64,000 bases of DNA from an uncultured Clostridia bacterium (GCA_934141555.1 CAKPCK010000001.1:67163-131162), one strand, 5' to 3'; shown: positions 23,237 to 33,590, numbered from the stretch's first letter. A program made the numbers and translations. The notes: generated from the letters alone by a model not told the origin.

Positions 23237-24598
23237 ATGGCAAAAGCAAAAACAATATTTGTATGTAGTGAATGTGGAAATGAATCACCAAAATGGTTAG
23301 GAAAATGTCCAGCATGTAATAGTTGGAATACATTTTATGAACAAAAAATAGAGAAATACACAGAAGAAAACAAAATAGAAAAAAAGATAAATAATACCCC
23401 AAAACCATTAAACACATATATAGGACAAGAAGCAAATAGAACCTCAACAGGATATTCAGAATTAGATAGAGTTCTAGGAGGTGGATTAGTAAAAGGCTCA
23501 TTGATATTATTAGGAGGAGAACCTGGAATAGGAAAATCAACATTAATATTACAATTATGTGAAAAAGTACAAGGAGAAGGAAAGGTATTATATGTATCTG
23601 GAGAAGAATCAGCAGAGCAAATAAAATTAAGAGCAGATAGATTAGATGTAAAAAGTGAAGAATTAATGTTTTTAGGAGAAACAGATATAGATATAGTAAA
23701 AGAAGCAATATCAGAAATGCAACCAAAATTAGTAATAATAGACTCAATACAAACAATGTATTCAGACGAAATAACTGCAGCAGCAGGAAGTGTAAGTCAA
23801 GTAAGAGAAATAACAGCACAAATAATGAGAATATGTAAAGCACAACAAATAACAACAATAATAATAGGACATGTAACAAAAGAAGGAAACATAGCAGGTC
23901 CAAGAGTCTTAGAACATATGGTAGATACAGTACTTTATTTAGAAGGAGAAAGATATAATACATATAGAATATTAAGAGCAGTAAAAAATAGATTTGGATC
24001 AACAAATGAAATAGGAATGTTTGAAATGAGACAAGAAGGAATGTGTGAAGTAACAAATCCATCAGACATATTAATAACAGAAAGAGAAGATAATCCATCA
24101 GGCTCATGTATTATAGCAAGTATAGAAGGAACAAGACCAATACTAGTAGAAATGCAAGCATTAACATCACAATCAGTATTTGGAATACCAAAAAGAACTG
24201 CAAATGGATTTGATTATAACAGATTAGCAGTATTAATTGCAGTTTTAGAAAAAAGAGCAGGACTAGCATTGGGAGGGCAAGATATTTATTTAAATATAGC
24301 AGGTGGAATGAAATTAAATGAACCAGCAGTCGATTTAGGAATAATAGCAACAGTTGCGTCTGCATATAAAAATGTACCAATTCCACAAAGTACAGTTGTA
24401 ATGGGAGAAGTAGGTTTAACAGGAGAAGTAAGAAGAATTAATTTGATAGAAAAAAGACTCAAAGAAGCAGAAAAGTTAGGATTTAAAACATGTATAATTC
24501 CAGAAAATAACAAAAAAAGCTTGAAAGATGAATATAAATTAGATATAATAGGTGTGAAAAATATTGGAGAAGCACTAAGAAAATTAGGAATAAAATAA
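23237..24598 (+). CDS. radA: DNA repair protein RadA/Sms
   Basis: Zinc finger CSECGNESPKWLGKCPACNSWN, Walker A GGEPGIGKSTL, KNRFG motif, and Lon-like C-terminus. Confidence 0.95.
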   Translation: MAKAKTIFVCSECGNESPKWLGKCPACNSWNTFYEQKIEKYTEENKIEKKINNTPKPLNTYIGQEANRTSTGYSELDRVLGGGLVKGSLILLGGEPGIGKSTLILQLCEKVQGEGKVLYVSGEESAEQIKLRADRLDVKSEELMFLGETDIDIVKEAISEMQPKLVIIDSIQTMYSDEITAAAGSVSQVREITAQIMRICKAQQITTIIIGHVTKEGNIAGPRVLEHMVDTVLYLEGERYNTYRILRAVKNRFGSTNEIGMFEMRQEGMCEVTNPSDILITEREDNPSGSCIIASIEGTRPILVEMQALTSQSVFGIPKRTANGFDYNRLAVLIAVLEKRAGLALGGQDIYLNIAGGMKLNEPAVDLGIIATVASAYKNVPIPQSTVVMGEVGLTGEVRRINLIEKRLKEAEKLGFKTCIIPENNKKSLKDEYKLDIIGVKNIGEALRKLGIK

Positions 24599-24648
24599 AA
24601 ACAAAAGATTAGAAAAATAGGCTTTATAGTAGAGAGGAAGGTTTTTCA

Positions 24649-25719
24649 ATGAAGGCAATAAAAGAAGATCCAATTGCAGAAATTTTAAAGAAAATAGCAC
24701 CAGGAACACCTATAAGAGAAGGACTAGACAATATATTAAAAGCAAGAACAGGAGCATTATTATTAATAACAGATAAGCAAGAAGTAATAGATGAAATTGT
24801 TGATGGTGGATTTAATATAAATGAAGATTATACATCATCAAAATTATATGAATTAGCCAAAATGGATGGTGCAATAATATTAAGTGGAGATATGAAAAAA
24901 ATATTATTTGCAAATGCACAATTAATACCATCATATCAAATACCAACAGTTGAAACAGGTACAAGACATAGAACAGCAGAAAGAACAGCAAAACAAACAG
25001 GAGAATTAGTTATAAGTATATCTCAAAGAAGAAATATAATAACAATTTTCAAAGAAAATTATAGATATATATTAGAAGATACAGATGTAGTATTAAACAA
25101 AGCAAATCAAGCAATTCAAACATTAGAAAAATACAGAAAAGTATATGACAGTAAATTAAGTATTTTAAATGAATATGAGTTTAATGATATTGTAACATTA
25201 GATAATGTAATATCTGTAATTCAAAGAGCAGAAATGGTAAAGAGAATTGTTGAAGAAATAAAAAAGAAAATTTATGAATTAGGTGAGGATGGAAGACTTG
25301 TAAGTATGCAGCTAGAAGAGCTAATTGGAGGATTAGAAAAAGAAGAAATGCAATTAGTTAAAGATTATTTAGTTGCAGAGCCAACACCAGAGGAAATAAT
25401 TGAACATTTTGAGAATTTAAATCATGAAGAATTGATGAAACAAAATACTATAGCAAAATTACTTGGATATGAAAGTTTTGAAAACTATGAAGATTTAGCA
25501 GTATATCCAAAAGGATATAGAATATTAAATAAAGTACCAAGAATGCCAAGTTCGATTGTTGATAATTTGGTAAAATCATTTAAATCATTCCAACACATTT
25601 TAGTTGCAGATATAAATGATTTAGATAAAGTAGATGGAATTGGAGAAGTAAGAGCAGAAGCAATAAAGCAATATTTAAGAAAAATGCAAGAGCAATTTGC
25701 TTTTGATAATTTAGTTTAA
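24649..25719 (+). CDS. disA: DNA integrity scanning protein DisA (diadenylate cyclase)
   Basis: DAC domain motifs (DGAIIL, GTRHRTAER) and a C-terminal HhH (VDGIGEVRAEAIKQYL). Follows radA. Confidence 0.93.
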   Translation: MKAIKEDPIAEILKKIAPGTPIREGLDNILKARTGALLLITDKQEVIDEIVDGGFNINEDYTSSKLYELAKMDGAIILSGDMKKILFANAQLIPSYQIPTVETGTRHRTAERTAKQTGELVISISQRRNIITIFKENYRYILEDTDVVLNKANQAIQTLEKYRKVYDSKLSILNEYEFNDIVTLDNVISVIQRAEMVKRIVEEIKKKIYELGEDGRLVSMQLEELIGGLEKEEMQLVKDYLVAEPTPEEIIEHFENLNHEELMKQNTIAKLLGYESFENYEDLAVYPKGYRILNKVPRMPSSIVDNLVKSFKSFQHILVADINDLDKVDGIGEVRAEAIKQYLRKMQEQFAFDNLV

Positions 25720-25749
25720 AAGAAAAATGTGAAATGTTTTTGAAAAATG

Positions 25750-25778
25750 TTGCAATTTAAATAAATAACATGTATAAT
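25750..25778 (+). promoter_or_regulatory. Promoter of the cyclophilin gene
   Basis: TTGCAA-17 nt-TATAAT. Confidence 0.55.
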
Positions 25779-25813
25779 TAGCTTCGTAAAACACAAAAGG
25801 AAGGATTAAAAAA

Positions 25814-26635
25814 ATGAAAAAAATATCAAACATTTTAACAATAATAGCATTAATTGTTATTTTAGTATTAATAGGAACAATATCATTTGGATATTACAAA
25901 AAAATAACAATGGAAGTAAAAAATCCAATAGTAACAATGGAAGTAAAAGACTTTGGAACAATAAAATTAGAATTATATCCAGAAATGGCTCCAGATACAG
26001 TTGCTAACTTTATAGCATTAGCAAATCATGGATTTTATGATGGATTAAAATTCCATAGAATTGTAAAAGGATTTATGATTCAAGGTGGAGATAGCAATGG
26101 AGATGGAACAGGATCACCAGAATTAAGTGATATAGGATTAGCAGAGGCTGGAACAGATTCAGATAAAAAATATTGTATAACAGGTGAATTTCTTGCAAAC
26201 GGATATGAAAACAAAATAAAAAACACTGATGGAGTAATTTCAATGGCAAGAGCTGATTATACATCATATTCATCACAATTAACAACAGAAAGTTACAATT
26301 CAGCAGGTTCACAATTTTTTATAAATACAGCATCAAATTCTTCATTAGATGGAAGTTATGCAACATTTGGAAAAGTAATAGAAGGATTAGATGTAGTACA
26401 TGCTATTGAAAATGTTGAAGTAAAGGCAACAGCAAAAACAACAGATTCAAATTCTGATTCAAGTTCAAATACAGAAGTAAGTACACCAGTAAATGATGTA
26501 ATAATATCAAGTGTTACAGTTGAAACATATGGAGTTGATTATGGAAAACCAAAAACATTAGATGTATGGGATTATTATGATTGGGTATATAAAACATATG
26601 GAATTAATTTAAGAGCTTATAATTCAGGAAATTAA
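25814..26635 (+). CDS. Membrane-anchored cyclophilin-type peptidyl-prolyl cis-trans isomerase
   Basis: N-terminal TM. FHRIVKGFMIQGGD and SMARA..GSQFFI motifs. Confidence 0.9.
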   Translation: MKKISNILTIIALIVILVLIGTISFGYYKKITMEVKNPIVTMEVKDFGTIKLELYPEMAPDTVANFIALANHGFYDGLKFHRIVKGFMIQGGDSNGDGTGSPELSDIGLAEAGTDSDKKYCITGEFLANGYENKIKNTDGVISMARADYTSYSSQLTTESYNSAGSQFFINTASNSSLDGSYATFGKVIEGLDVVHAIENVEVKATAKTTDSNSDSSSNTEVSTPVNDVIISSVTVETYGVDYGKPKTLDVWDYYDWVYKTYGINLRAYNSGN

Positions 26636-26641
26636 CAAAAA

Positions 26642-26687
26642 AAGATTTATAGTAAATTGAAATTCATTACTATAAATCTTCTTTTTT
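26642..26687 (+). terminator. Rho-independent terminator after the PPIase gene
   Basis: 14-bp stem AAGATTTATAGTAA / TTACTATAAATCTT followed by CTTTTTT. Confidence 0.75.
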
Positions 26688-26704
26688 ATATATTCAAAAT
26701 ATAT

Positions 26705-26739
26705 AAAGCCTAAAAGTATTTTAAATTTTAGGCTTTTTT
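26705..26739. terminator. Second, bidirectional terminator (serves the minus-strand small ORF)
   Basis: AAAGCCTAAAA / TTTTAGGCTTT stem flanked by A- and T-runs. Confidence 0.75.
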
Positions 26740-26741
26740 AA

Positions 26742-26897
26742 TTAATTTTTATTAATTTTCTTTTCATTAGGAACAATGATTTTTTTATTGCTTTTTGGCT
26801 TTGGAGTTACATCTTTAATATGGTTATAAACACGAGAAATATCTAAAGTTGAACCATCGCCATCAACAATTTTTATTTTTTTATTTTCATCTGCCAT
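26742..26897 (-). CDS. Small hypothetical protein, 51 aa (MADENKKIKIVDGDGSTLDISRVYNHIKDVTPKPKSNKKIIVPNEKKINKN); not in the ORF track
   Basis: AAAGGA RBS. Minus-strand promoter-like TTGCTT-17-TAATAT upstream and a terminator directly downstream. Confidence 0.45.
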   Translation of the reverse strand: MADENKKIKIVDGDGSTLDISRVYNHIKDVTPKPKSNKKIIVPNEKKINKN

Positions 26898-27021
26898 AAT
26901 TAATCCTTTCATAAAATAAAGTTTTTTATTTATTTTTTATATTATCATAAAATAGGTAATAAAGCAAGGAAAAAATATTAAAAACATCATTAATATATAA
27001 ACATAAAATCTGAATTTTTTC

Positions 27022-27050
27022 TTGCAATTTCAACTATAATATAGTAAAAT
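27022..27050 (+). promoter_or_regulatory. Candidate scpB-proS promoter
   Basis: TTGCAA-17 nt-TAAAAT. Confidence 0.45.
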
Positions 27051-27073
27051 ATATAACATATGAAAGAGAGGAA

Positions 27074-27697
27074 ATGCAAGTGACAGATAATCAAAATGAA
27101 AATAATAATTATGAACAAATAATTGAAGCAATACTATTTGCAGCAGGAAGAGTTGTAACAGAACAAGAATTAATGATAGCATTAGAAATAAGTAAAGAAA
27201 AAATAGAGAATATAATAAATAAAATGCAAATGAGATATGAAAAGAGTGGAATCCTGATTATCAAAGTTGAAAAAGGCTATCAAATGTGCAGTAATCCTAA
27301 ATATTATGAATATATATATCCAATAATAGATAAGAGAAATAAACCTAATTTATCAAATGCAGCATTAGAAACATTAGCAATAATAGCATATAATCCAAGA
27401 GCAACAAGGCCAGAAGTTGAAGCGATAAGAGGAGTAAATTCAGATGGAACAATTTATAAATTGTTAGAATATGGGTTAATAGAAGATGCAGGAAAAGCAG
27501 ATTTACCAGGAAGGCCAACAACATATAAAACAACACAGGAATTTTTAAAAATGTTTGGATATTCAGATTTGAGTAAATTACCAGAATTACCAAGATATAA
27601 GTTAGATTCAAATAGACAAATTGTAATAGATGATTTAATAGAAAAAGAGGCTCCAATGCCGAGTGAAGGAGAGAAGCAAGAAATAGAAGAAAAATAA
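27074..27697 (+). CDS. scpB: Segregation and condensation protein B
   Basis: [13 protein letters not shown]..., [33 protein letters not shown], and [17 protein letters not shown] motifs. Confidence 0.9.
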   Translation: MQVTDNQNENNNYEQIIEAILFAAGRVVTEQELMIALEISKEKIENIINKMQMRYEKSGILIIKVEKGYQMCSNPKYYEYIYPIIDKRNKPNLSNAALETLAIIAYNPRATRPEVEAIRGVNSDGTIYKLLEYGLIEDAGKADLPGRPTTYKTTQEFLKMFGYSDLSKLPELPRYKLDSNRQIVIDDLIEKEAPMPSEGEKQEIEEK

Positions 27698-27714
27698 AAT
27701 TAAGGAGAGATATA

Positions 27715-29154
27715 ATGGAAGATAATAAAAACTTTGTAAAAGAAATAACAAATATAGATGAAAATTTTGCTCAATGGTATACAGACATAGTATTAAAAGC
27801 AGAACTTGCAGATTATACAGATACAAAAGGTTGTATAGCAATAAGACCATATGGATATGCAATTTGGGAAAATATACAAAATTATGCAGATAAAAAATTT
27901 AAAGAAACAGGTGTAAAAAATACATATTTTCCAGTATTAATACCAGAAAGCTTATTACAAAAAGAAAAAGATCATGTTGAAGGATTTGCACCAGAAGTAG
28001 CTTGGGTAACAGAAGCAGGAGGAGAAAAATTAGACGAAAAATTATGTGTAAGACCAACATCAGAAACAATATTTACGACAATGTATTCAAAGTGGTTAAA
28101 ATCATGGAGAGACTTACCATTTGTATATAATCAATGGTGTAGTGTATTAAGATGGGAAAAAGAAACAAGACCATTTTTACGTTCAAGAGAATTTTTGTGG
28201 CAAGAAGGACATACAATACATGAAACAGCAAAAGAAGCCCAAGAAAGAACATTACAAATGTTAAATATATATGCAGATATAGCTGAAAATCTTTTAGCAA
28301 TACCTGTTATAAAAGGAATAAAAACAGAATCAGAAAAATTTGCTGGAGCTGATGAAACATATACAATAGAAGCAATGACATATGATGGAAAAGCATTACA
28401 ATCAGGAACATCACATTATTTTGGACAAAATTTTACAAAACCATTTAATGTAGCATTCCAAAATAGAGAAGGAAAACAAGAATATGCATATCAAACATCT
28501 TGGGGAATATCAACAAGACTAATAGGAGCATTAATAATGGCACATGGTGATAATAGAGGATTAAAATTACCACCAAGAGTAGCTCCAATACAAGTTGTAT
28601 TAGTACCAGTTGCAATGCATAAAGAAGGTGTAAAAGAAAAGGCTAAAGAAATATATGATGAGTTAAAAAATAAATACAGAATAGAATTAGATGATAGAGA
28701 AAAAGTATCTACTGGATATAAATTTAATGATTGGGAAATGAGAGGAGTTCCATTAAGAATAGAAATGGGACCAAGAGATATAGAAAATGGAATTTGTATT
28801 TTAGTTAGAAGAGATACAAATGAAAAAATAGAAGTAAAATTAGATGAATTATCTTCAAAAATAGGCGAAATACTAGAGTTAATTCAACAAAATATGTTTG
28901 AAACTTGTAAAAAAAGAATGGAAGCAAAAACAACTATTGCACACAATTTAGAAGAATTCCAAGCAAATATTAACAAAGAACAAGGTTTTATAAAAGCAAT
29001 GTGGTGTGGAAGCGAAGAATGTGAGGCAAAAATAAAGGAACTAACAGCAGCAAAATCAAGATGTATGCCATTTGAACAAGAACATATTGGAGATACATGT
29101 GTATGTTGCGGAAAACCAGCAACAAAAATGGTTATATGGGGAAGACAATATTAA
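27715..29154 (+). CDS. proS: Proline--tRNA ligase (archaeal/eukaryote-like class II type, about 480 aa)
   Basis: [18 protein letters not shown]-terminus, [14 protein letters not shown], and a C-terminal Cys cluster. 479 aa. Confidence 0.95.
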   Translation: MEDNKNFVKEITNIDENFAQWYTDIVLKAELADYTDTKGCIAIRPYGYAIWENIQNYADKKFKETGVKNTYFPVLIPESLLQKEKDHVEGFAPEVAWVTEAGGEKLDEKLCVRPTSETIFTTMYSKWLKSWRDLPFVYNQWCSVLRWEKETRPFLRSREFLWQEGHTIHETAKEAQERTLQMLNIYADIAENLLAIPVIKGIKTESEKFAGADETYTIEAMTYDGKALQSGTSHYFGQNFTKPFNVAFQNREGKQEYAYQTSWGISTRLIGALIMAHGDNRGLKLPPRVAPIQVVLVPVAMHKEGVKEKAKEIYDELKNKYRIELDDREKVSTGYKFNDWEMRGVPLRIEMGPRDIENGICILVRRDTNEKIEVKLDELSSKIGEILELIQQNMFETCKKRMEAKTTIAHNLEEFQANINKEQGFIKAMWCGSEECEAKIKELTAAKSRCMPFEQEHIGDTCVCCGKPATKMVIWGRQY

Positions 29155-29176
29155 TATAATAAATCACAAAAAATAG

Positions 29177-29205
29177 TTGTAAAAAAATATAAAAATTGAT
29201 ATACT
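29177..29205 (+). promoter_or_regulatory. Candidate promoter of the asp23 operon
   Basis: TTGTAA-17 nt-TATACT. Confidence 0.5.
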
Positions 29206-29258
29206 TATAGAGAAAAGATATAAAATATCTAAAAAAACATGAAAGGAATGTGAAGAAT

Positions 29259-29690
29259 ATGGAAGAAAACAATGTTGAAAATAATGAAATAAAAGAAATT
29301 GAAGAAGGAAACAATGGTATAAAAATAGCAAATGATGTAATATCAGTAATTGCTGGTGTAGCAGTATCAGAAGTGCCAGGTGTTGCAAGTATGGCAGGAG
29401 GATTTGCAGGAGGAATTACAGAAGTATTAAGTGGAAAGAAAAATCTTAGCAAAGGGATAAAAGTTGATGCTGACGAAAAAGAAGTAAGAATAGATGTAAA
29501 CATTATTGTAGAATATGGATCAAGAATACCAGATGTAGCTTATGAAATACAAACAAGAGTAAAAAAATCAGTTGAAAATATGACAGGATTAAAAGTTTCA
29601 GAAGTTAATGTACATGTACAAGGTGTAAAAACAGAAAAAGAAGTTGAAGAAAAAGAAGAAAATGAAGAAGTAACAGAAGAACAACAATAG
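29259..29690 (+). CDS. Asp23/Gls24-family envelope stress protein
   Basis: IANDVISVIAGVAVSEVPGVASM ... VEYGSRIPDVAYEIQTRVKKSVENMTGLKVSEVNVHVQGV. Confidence 0.85.
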   Translation: MEENNVENNEIKEIEEGNNGIKIANDVISVIAGVAVSEVPGVASMAGGFAGGITEVLSGKKNLSKGIKVDADEKEVRIDVNIIVEYGSRIPDVAYEIQTRVKKSVENMTGLKVSEVNVHVQGVKTEKEVEEKEENEEVTEEQQ

Positions 29691-29804
29691 AGTGAAAAAA
29701 GGCATGAATAAAGGATATATTTAAAATTTAATCATGTCTTTTTCATTTAAAATAAAAGAGAAAATAGTTGTAAAAACTATTTTGAGAAAGGAATGTGAAA
29801 AAAA

Positions 29805-30362
29805 ATGAAGTTTTTAGAAAAATTTGCACTAACAGTGTATTCATATATAGTATTGATTTTAGCAGTAATAATGTGTTTATTAGTATTTAATTGGATGGAT
29901 GTAAGAATTGTAACACAAACTATATCAATGATAACACAAGGAGATATTTCATCAAAAATAACATTAGGAGTAAGTGCAATATTTATATTATTATCAATAA
30001 AATGCATATTCTTTGATTCAGAGACAGAAGAAAAAATAAAAGAATCACAAGGTATACTATTAAAAAATGAAAATGGACAACTTTTAATAACAAAAGAAAC
30101 ATTAGATAATATGATAAAATCAGTAGTTTACAAGTTTGATAATATTGAAAATTGTATACCAAAAATATCAATAGATGAACAAAATGAAATATCAATAACA
30201 TTACAAGTTGTAGTGAAAGATAATGTTATAATAAAAGATTTAGCAAATAGTTTACAAAATAAAGTAAAAGAAGAAATGAAGAAAACATCAGATTTAGATG
30301 TAAAAAATGTTAATATTAAAATTATAGATATGAGTAAAAAACAAGAAGGAACAAAAGAATAA
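29805..30362 (+). CDS. amaP: Alkaline shock response membrane anchor protein AmaP-like
   Basis: Two N-terminal TM helices plus a soluble domain. Positioned next to asp23 and a DUF2273-like gene, as in Staphylococcus. Confidence 0.65.
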   Translation: MKFLEKFALTVYSYIVLILAVIMCLLVFNWMDVRIVTQTISMITQGDISSKITLGVSAIFILLSIKCIFFDSETEEKIKESQGILLKNENGQLLITKETLDNMIKSVVYKFDNIENCIPKISIDEQNEISITLQVVVKDNVIIKDLANSLQNKVKEEMKKTSDLDVKNVNIKIIDMSKKQEGTKE

Positions 30363-30390
30363 GCAATAACAAAATAAATGGAGGTATAAC

Positions 30391-30594
30391 ATGGAAGAAT
30401 TAAAAAACTTTTGGAACCAATATAAAGGTGCAATTATAGGAATAGTTGTTGCTATATTAATACTTTGTACAAAACTATATAATCTTATAATTGGATGTGT
30501 TGTAATAATATTAGGTGCAATGGTTGGAAGTTATGTACAAAAAAACAAAGACAGTGTAAAAGAAAAGTTAAAAAACTTTATAGATAGACTTTAA
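30391..30594 (+). CDS. DUF2273-like small integral membrane protein
   Basis: 67 aa with 2 TM. Lies in the asp23 operon context. Confidence 0.6.
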   Translation: MEELKNFWNQYKGAIIGIVVAILILCTKLYNLIIGCVVIILGAMVGSYVQKNKDSVKEKLKNFIDRL

Positions 30595-30620
30595 AATATA
30601 CAAAAATTTAGAAGGGAGAA

Positions 30621-31064
30621 ATGCTAGAAGAAAAGTCTAGCATAAGAAATATGAAAAGATCAGCAATTAGAGAAGCAGCATTTAAATTGATTTACAGTTT
30701 AGAAATTCAAGAAACAGAAAATTTAGAAGAACAAATTGATTTATATTTAGAATGTGAAGAAATAACAGATAAAGAAGCAAAAGAATATATTGTAGATGCA
30801 ATAAATGGAATAAAACAACATATAGATGAAATAAATAATTTAATAGAAAAAAATCTAAAAGCTGATTGGACACTAGAAAGAATTTCTAAAGTAGATTTTA
30901 GTATATTAAAACTTGCAATTTATGAAATAAAATATAAAGAATTACCATATAAAGTTGCAATAAATGAAGCATTAGAGATCTCAAAAAAATATGGTGAAGA
31001 ATCATCAAAGAATTTTATAAATGGAATACTTGCAAGTATTGTTAAGGAACAGATTGCCGAATAG
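30621..31064 (+). CDS. nusB: Transcription antitermination factor NusB
   Basis: [14 protein letters not shown]..., and [26 protein letters not shown]. Upstream of xseA. Confidence 0.9.
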   Translation: MLEEKSSIRNMKRSAIREAAFKLIYSLEIQETENLEEQIDLYLECEEITDKEAKEYIVDAINGIKQHIDEINNLIEKNLKADWTLERISKVDFSILKLAIYEIKYKELPYKVAINEALEISKKYGEESSKNFINGILASIVKEQIAE

Positions 31065-31081
31065 AGGTAAGGAGATAACAA

Positions 31082-32269
31082 ATGAAGTATAATGCAGTAA
31101 CAGTAACACAATTAAATAAATATCTAAAAGATAGGTTTGATGAAGATGAAAATTTAAATGCAATACTTGTAAAAGGTGAAATATCAAATTTTAAAAATCA
31201 TTATACAGGACATTTATATTTTACATTAAAAGATGAAAATTCTTTAATAAAATGTATAATGTTTAAAAGTTATGCAGAAAAATTGAATTTTAAACCTAAA
31301 GATGGTATGAAAGTCATGGTATTTGGAACAGTATCTGTGTTTGAAAGAGATGGAGTATATCAAATATATGCAAAATCAATGATGGAAGATGGTATGGGAG
31401 ATTTACATGAAAAATTTGAACAATTAAAGGCTAAACTTGAAAAAGAAGGCCTTTTTGAACAATCACATAAAAAAGCAATACCATTATATCCAAAAATAAT
31501 AGGAGTTTTAACTTCTCAAACAGGAGCAGTTATAAGAGATATAATAAATGTTTCAACAAGAAGAAATCCAAATGTATATATAAGATTATTGCCTGTGCCA
31601 GTGCAAGGTCCGAGTGCTGCAGAGCAAATAGCTGATAAAATTAAAATAATGAATGAAAAAAAAATGGCAGATGTTTTAATAATAGGAAGAGGAGGAGGTT
31701 CATTAGAAGACCTTTGGCCATTTAATGAAGAAATTGTAGCAAGAGCAATTTATAACTCAGAAATTCCAGTAATATCTGCAGTTGGACATGAGACAGATTT
31801 TACAATAGCAGACTTTGTAGCAGATTTAAGAGCCCCAACACCATCTGCAGCAGCAGAATTGGCAGTACCAGACATTTTTGAAGTTAAGCAAAAAATTATA
31901 AATTATCAAAATAGAAGTAAATTAGCATTAAAGAAAAAAATAGAAATAATGAAATTAAGATTTGAAAAAGTAATGAAATCTAGAGTTTTTACAGATCCAA
32001 TGAGAAAAATTATTGATAATTCTATAATATTAGATGATTATATGAAAAGATTAGAAAACGCAATGAAAGAGATAAAGACAGAAAAGAAAAATAAATATAT
32101 AGAATTAGTAACAAAATTAGATTCAATTAGTCCATTAAAAACATTAATTAGAGGATATAGTTTAACAGAAAAAGATGGAAAAATAATAAAAAAATCTAGT
32201 CAAATAGAAAAAGGTGATATAGTTACAATAAAATTTTCTGATGGAGATAAAAGTGCAGAGATTTTATAA
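31082..32269 (+). CDS. xseA: Exodeoxyribonuclease VII large subunit
   Basis: TVTQLNKYLKDRFDED..., GHLYFTLKD, IGRGGGSLEDLWPFNEE, and SAVGHETDFTIADFVADLRAPTPSAAAE. Confidence 0.93.
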   Translation: MKYNAVTVTQLNKYLKDRFDEDENLNAILVKGEISNFKNHYTGHLYFTLKDENSLIKCIMFKSYAEKLNFKPKDGMKVMVFGTVSVFERDGVYQIYAKSMMEDGMGDLHEKFEQLKAKLEKEGLFEQSHKKAIPLYPKIIGVLTSQTGAVIRDIINVSTRRNPNVYIRLLPVPVQGPSAAEQIADKIKIMNEKKMADVLIIGRGGGSLEDLWPFNEEIVARAIYNSEIPVISAVGHETDFTIADFVADLRAPTPSAAAELAVPDIFEVKQKIINYQNRSKLALKKKIEIMKLRFEKVMKSRVFTDPMRKIIDNSIILDDYMKRLENAMKEIKTEKKNKYIELVTKLDSISPLKTLIRGYSLTEKDGKIIKKSSQIEKGDIVTIKFSDGDKSAEIL

Positions 32270-32308
32270 GTAAAGCTTACTAAAGAGTTGTGTAAGGAGG
32301 AAAGATAA

Positions 32309-32803
32309 ATGGAAACAAGAGAAAAACAAAACTTATTAACAATGATAATAATTGTTGCATTTTTAGCAATAGCATTAATTGTTGGTTTTATAATATATCC
32401 AGAAATTAAAGAAAACAATAAAATAAATACTATCTCAAATAGTCAAAGTACGAAAAAAACAGAAAGCACAAATACAACTTTAACAAAAACAGATTCTACA
32501 AGTACAACTGCAAATACGTCTAACACAAATACGGAAAATACTAAAACAGATTCTACAAATAATGGATATGTAGGAGAAGAAGAAAAAGAAAATAATAATG
32601 GTGATGTAGAAAATGTAATACAAACAAAAGAAGAAAAAGCAATAGAACTTACTAAAAAAGAATGGGGAGAAAATGATTCAAATGTTACATATAATGTTGA
32701 ACAAAAAGAAGATAATATTTATTATGTAGCAGTAAGATTAAATGACCAAGTTCAAAAATGGTATGAAGTAGATACAGAAAAATGGACAATACAAGAATAT
32801 TAA
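32309..32803 (+). CDS. Membrane-anchored Thr/Asn-rich protein, unknown function
   Basis: 164 aa. One N-terminal TM, a T/N/S low-complexity linker, and a small C-terminal globular part. RBS AAGGAGGA. Confidence 0.6.
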   Translation: METREKQNLLTMIIIVAFLAIALIVGFIIYPEIKENNKINTISNSQSTKKTESTNTTLTKTDSTSTTANTSNTNTENTKTDSTNNGYVGEEEKENNNGDVENVIQTKEEKAIELTKKEWGENDSNVTYNVEQKEDNIYYVAVRLNDQVQKWYEVDTEKWTIQEY

Positions 32804-32861
32804 TTTATATTTTGTAAAGAAAGAATATGAGATTTTGGGTGAGAAAGGAACTAAAAAATAA

Positions 32862-33197
32862 ATGAAAGTTTATGATTTAGCAAATGATTTAGCAAATGAA
32901 ATAAAACAATCAGAAGAATATATAACATATAGAACAGCCAAAGATGCTATAAATTTAAATTATGAGTTAAAAAGGAAAATTGATGAATTTGAAAATGCAA
33001 GATATGAAGCTCAAATAATAGCATTACAAACAGGAAAAGATGACGAACAAAAAATGAAACATGTTCAAGAATTGTATGGAGAACTTATTCAAAATGAAGA
33101 AGCAAGTAAATATTTTGATGCTGAAATAAAATTCAATGTTTTAATAGCAGATGTGAATAAAATAATAGGAAATGTAGTTCAAGATCTTTTAAAATAA
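32862..33197 (+). CDS. YlbF/YmcA-family (UPF0342) regulator-like protein
   Basis: 111 aa helical protein. N-terminal ...LANEIKQSEEY..Y and overall pattern resemble YlbF/YmcA. Confidence 0.55.
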   Translation: MKVYDLANDLANEIKQSEEYITYRTAKDAINLNYELKRKIDEFENARYEAQIIALQTGKDDEQKMKHVQELYGELIQNEEASKYFDAEIKFNVLIADVNKIIGNVVQDLLK

Positions 33198-33224
33198 TTA
33201 TAGTTTTAAGGAATGGAATAAAAA

Positions 33225-33590
33225 ATGAATAAAGAGGAGAATAAAAAGAAAAATAAAATTAGAGATATTTGTATACTTCAAATAGTTATTGCAATATACA
33301 CATTATCAACAGTCTTTGCAAAATTTGCATCAGGTCAAGAATTTTTATCATTTAAATTTATACTATTTTATGGAATAGAAATGCTTATATTAGGTATATA
33401 TGCGATAATTTGGCAACAATTAATAAAAAAATTTGATATATCAGTTGCATATGCAAATAAAGCAATGGGCTTATTATGGTCTATTGTATGGGCAATTTTA
33501 ATATTTAATGAAACAATAACAATAAAAAATGTAATAGGAGTAATAATTGTAATAGCAGGTACAATTATAGTAAATAGTGAAGATGAGTAA
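33225..33590 (+). CDS. Small EamA/DMT-type membrane protein (ArnF/ArnE-like half transporter), subunit 1
   Basis: 121 aa, about 4 TM, with the C-terminal GVIIVIAGTIIV motif typical of EamA repeats. Confidence 0.65.
   Translation: MNKEENKKKNKIRDICILQIVIAIYTLSTVFAKFASGQEFLSFKFILFYGIEMLILGIYAIIWQQLIKKFDISVAYANKAMGLLWSIVWAILIFNETITIKNVIGVIIVIAGTIIVNSEDE

Noticed and set aside
23085-24107. 340-aa minus-strand ORF antisense to radA (Leu/Phe/Ile-rich)
   Set aside because: It lies entirely within the well-supported radA gene on the other strand. Its composition (L, F, I, Y) is what the reverse complement of purine/A-rich coding DNA produces. It has no RBS. The same reasoning rejects the many similar antisense ORFs in the track, for example 5389-5691, 9382-9888, 27345-27656 and 62828-63277.
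29762-29784. AAAATAGTT-gtaaa-AACTATTTT hairpin, sharing the motif AAAATAGTTGTAAAAA with the asp23 promoter region (29171-29186)
   Set aside because: It is a weak all-A/T stem without a U-tract. The shared 16-mer may be chance in this AT-rich genome or a minor internal promoter duplicate. The evidence is insufficient for a regulatory call.
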